Of a stretch of 57,552 bases of DNA, positions 55,326 through 57,552 are shown one piece after another (the first letter of the stretch is position 1; each line of letters starts with the position of its first letter). This DNA is from Poseidonia sp. GTDB lineage: Archaea; Thermoplasmatota; Poseidoniia; Poseidoniales; Poseidoniaceae. The DNA is taken from assembly GCF_029250625.1 (NCBI RefSeq), contig NZ_JAQXEX010000031.1, one strand, 5' to 3'. The notes beneath the pieces were generated by a model that worked only from the letters and a program-made list of their open reading frames with translations, had not been told where the DNA came from and made no database searches. Made by a program: the position numbers and the translations under genes.

Positions 55326-57343
55326 TCCCTCTTTGATTCGTTTTTGCCTTGGCCTCTTTTACCACGGCGAACTTGATAATTTGAGGATTTGTTCTTATTC
55401 CGTTTCCCTTTACGTTGTTTTCTTGGGTCGTCTTGACCAGCATTCATGTTGAGAACTCCCCCATGCTGCAGTAGCGTGCTCAAATCATCCATTGAAAGCG
55501 CTTCACCAGAATTCAGCTTCTTCTTAACTTCGCTTGGTTTTGGTCCACGAGGTTGACGTTTTCCGCGTCGGTCGTTCCGTCGGGTTTTTTTATCTCCGTC
55601 TTTGATACGAATCCACGACTCAAGCCGACCTTTTTCTCGCCGAAGTGACTTTGATTTTTTCCGATTAGAACGGATGTTCCGCTTGATTTTTTTCTCTGAT
55701 TTATTGAGATGCTTGATGTTGCCATGAAGGGGCTTCTTAATGTAATGAATTTCTCGATTAAGACGGTCCACTTCCTTTGCTATTGGGTGTATTTCTTGAA
55801 GTTCAAAGAAGAGTGATGCAAGCTCCTGTTCCCGCTCGAGCAGCGGAATGTTCATGACGTCCAATTGTTCTGTAATCCGGGCAAAAGTTTGTCGAAGAGT
55901 TTCGGAAACCTTAGGGGATGAAATGACGATATTGCTCACCAGCTCATCTCGTTTCACGATCAATTCATCCAGTTGGGATTTTGACTCGCTGATTTCGTTT
56001 GACACCGATTCTTCATCGTCGATGGGCCCTTCAGGGGGGGTTGTTCGTTTTCCAAGTGCAAATTGTATGGCTTGGCCTATGGACCGGCGTTGTGAACTCA
56101 ACTTTTTTCCATCTTCTTCAGACCGGTTGAGTTGGTCAACGGTTTCCTGATGGAGGGCATGAATCTTGTCCATTGGAACATCTCGTAAATCCTCAAAGAG
56201 GTCAAAAGGTTGAATCTCAGTACTCTTTTCTTTCTTACTTAGTTCGGTCCAGGTTGCACCATTGAGCATGCCGACCCAAGCCTTGAGAAATTCCTCTCGA
56301 ATGGTGAGGTATCCCGCTGGTCTCAATACCCGACTCAGGTCGTGGTTTAATGAAAATGGGTCTTCAATCGGCATGCTGTGCTCCCCAAGCCTCCGATCGA
56401 GGTGGTCGGGCAATAGAGTCCATGCATCGGGTTCTCCTTCAGCCCAGCCCTTTTCATTTCGTGAAACAGTTCCACCGTTTCGTATTGATACGACATCGTG
56501 CTCGAAGGGCCAATCAAAAACAAACCTTCGGATGAATGAAACAAAGCACGTCGCATGGTCCATGTTTGGGGTCCAAGGTGATGCTGGTTCTGAGTGGAAG
56601 CCCACATCGTATGTGTCATCCAAATTGAGAACATTTGGCTTGGCGCCTTTTTGCAAATTGGGCAGGTTAATGTGCGGGTCTGACTGCATGCTTCCTATCG
56701 CGAGAAGGGTCCATGCGTACGATGAAAGCGTACCCATGAACGCTTGATTGATGGCTCTAGAAGACGCCCAATATTTTATCGAAAGGACGCCGTTGCGAAC
56801 CATTGGGTGGGTGTCTGCGTAGGCCCGTATCAATTCAGTATTGTACAATGCAAGTTCATTGTTGACCGAGATGTCGATGGGAAGTCCAGTTTCAGGGTCC
56901 TTGAATTTAATGATGGGCACTTTCGCTCGGCCAATCACTTCAATTTCAGTCATGTCCAAATCATTCAAGATGTTCCTCACTTTGTTCAGGATTTTTCGTG
57001 GTGATGGCGCATCAACGACCAAGCACAGGTCCAAGTCACCCACTCCCAATGAAGTGCGAGATTGTGTTGACCCGAAGGCGTGGAGTTGGCTTCCGTTCAG
57101 TTTCCTTTCGATGTTCCGTTTCAGATGTTGAAAGATACGGTCTCTGGCTTTTGTTTCTTGTTTGCTCATTCTTGATGTACTGATGGAGGTTTTGATCTCT
57201 TCAGATAAGCCTTTCAAGTATTCGGGAGAGATTGATTCGATGTCTCCCAATTCAAGCGTCCCAAGCAGATGTGAATGCAACAATGGCCACTGCTTCTGCT
57301 GTGCAGTGGAAAATCCAGTGTGGGGGCAAATCTCACGATTCAT
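55322..57343 (-). CDS. Cid1/TUT4/7-like non-canonical poly(A)/poly(U) polymerase fused to a COG1340-like coiled coil and basic tail
   Basis: FGS..S......DLDL, AKVPIIKF, IDISVNN, GTLSSYAWTLL, IEDPFSLNHDL. Start 57343 inferred from overlap with the upstream stop. Confidence 0.88.
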   Translation of the reverse strand: MNREICPHTGFSTAQQKQWPLLHSHLLGTLELGDIESISPEYLKGLSEEIKTSISTSRMSKQETKARDRIFQHLKRNIERKLNGSQLHAFGSTQSRTSLGVGDLDLCLVVDAPSPRKILNKVRNILNDLDMTEIEVIGRAKVPIIKFKDPETGLPIDISVNNELALYNTELIRAYADTHPMVRNGVLSIKYWASSRAINQAFMGTLSSYAWTLLAIGSMQSDPHINLPNLQKGAKPNVLNLDDTYDVGFHSEPASPWTPNMDHATCFVSFIRRFVFDWPFEHDVVSIRNGGTVSRNEKGWAEGEPDAWTLLPDHLDRRLGEHSMPIEDPFSLNHDLSRVLRPAGYLTIREEFLKAWVGMLNGATWTELSKKEKSTEIQPFDLFEDLRDVPMDKIHALHQETVDQLNRSEEDGKKLSSQRRSIGQAIQFALGKRTTPPEGPIDDEESVSNEISESKSQLDELIVKRDELVSNIVISSPKVSETLRQTFARITEQLDVMNIPLLEREQELASLFFELQEIHPIAKEVDRLNREIHYIKKPLHGNIKHLNKSEKKIKRNIRSNRKKSKSLRREKGRLESWIRIKDGDKKTRRNDRRGKRQPRGPKPSEVKKKLNSGEALSMDDLSTLLQHGGVLNMNAGQDDPRKQRKGKRNKNKSSNYQVRRGKRGQGKNESKRE

Positions 57344-57551
57344 CCTGAGAACCCCCGTTTGATTTTTGTTGCCGTGAGAGGGCATAGCTTGAGGCTCCAC
57401 CCTGCTTGACCCTGTGTGCGTCAACCAGCAAATGGTCGAATCCCTGTTCTAAAACGGACTGCCAGTACTCAATTGAACGTTGACAGTCATTCAACGCCAT
57501 GGTAAGTCGCTTGGTGCGCGAATCACTTCTTCTGCGGAACAGTTCATTCTC
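57333..57551 (-). CDS. 3' end of an upstream helical protein (truncated by the window edge; absent from the ORF track)
   Basis: Open frame ENELFRRRSDSRTKRLTMALNDCQRSIEYWQSVLEQGFDHLLVDAHRVKQGGASSYALSRQQKSNGGSQDES*, whose end overlaps ATG 57343. Confidence 0.6.
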   Translation of the reverse strand, partial: ENELFRRRSDSRTKRLTMALNDCQRSIEYWQSVLEQGFDHLLVDAHRVKQGGASSYALSRQQKSNGGSQDES

Positions 57552-57552
57552 A

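Noticed and set aside
55322-57343. CBASS CD-NTase or CCA-adding enzyme interpretation
   Set aside because: VPIIKF, LSSY and IEDPF..H are Cid1/Trf4-family signatures; no Cap effector genes are adjacent and the context is housekeeping.
57344-57424. N-terminal 27 aa of the 700-aa ORF
   Set aside because: Overlaps the 3' end of an upstream gene in another frame; ATG 57343 is the more plausible start.

Overview
Gene-dense archaeal chromosomal segment. It is most consistent with Marine Group II Euryarchaeota (Ca. Poseidoniales, Thermoplasmata); this is an inference from the unsplit RpoB, extended RpoA'', PurP, L30e, Pop5 and several large thrombospondin-type-3-repeat surface proteins. Contents: an XPD helicase, GdhA, the tRNA-Lys-rpoH-rpoB-rpoA'-rpoA''-rpl30e operon, a HemK-BirA fusion, a divergent FtsZ, a five-gene Rieske/cytochrome b operon, an asnB-gshA operon, a methylmalonyl/propionyl-CoA cluster, PurP, and a terminal operon with a nucleotidyltransferase. 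No mobile elements or CRISPR arrays were seen. Four observations stand out. (1) A eukaryote-like Cid1/TUT4/7-type terminal uridylyltransferase, retaining the uridine-selecting His, is fused to an archaeal coiled-coil domain whose stand-alone paralogue lies three genes downstream. (2) A b6-like Rieske/cyt b complex has subunit IV fused to a cytoplasmic HdrD/GlpC-like Fe-S/CCG module. (3) An unannotated ~295-nt highly structured RNA candidate has a perfect 7-bp loop-loop kiss. (4) The same extra N-terminal domain is appended to two RNA polymerase subunits, RpoH and RpoA''. All calls come from reading motifs by eye; no database search was run, so novelty is unverified.
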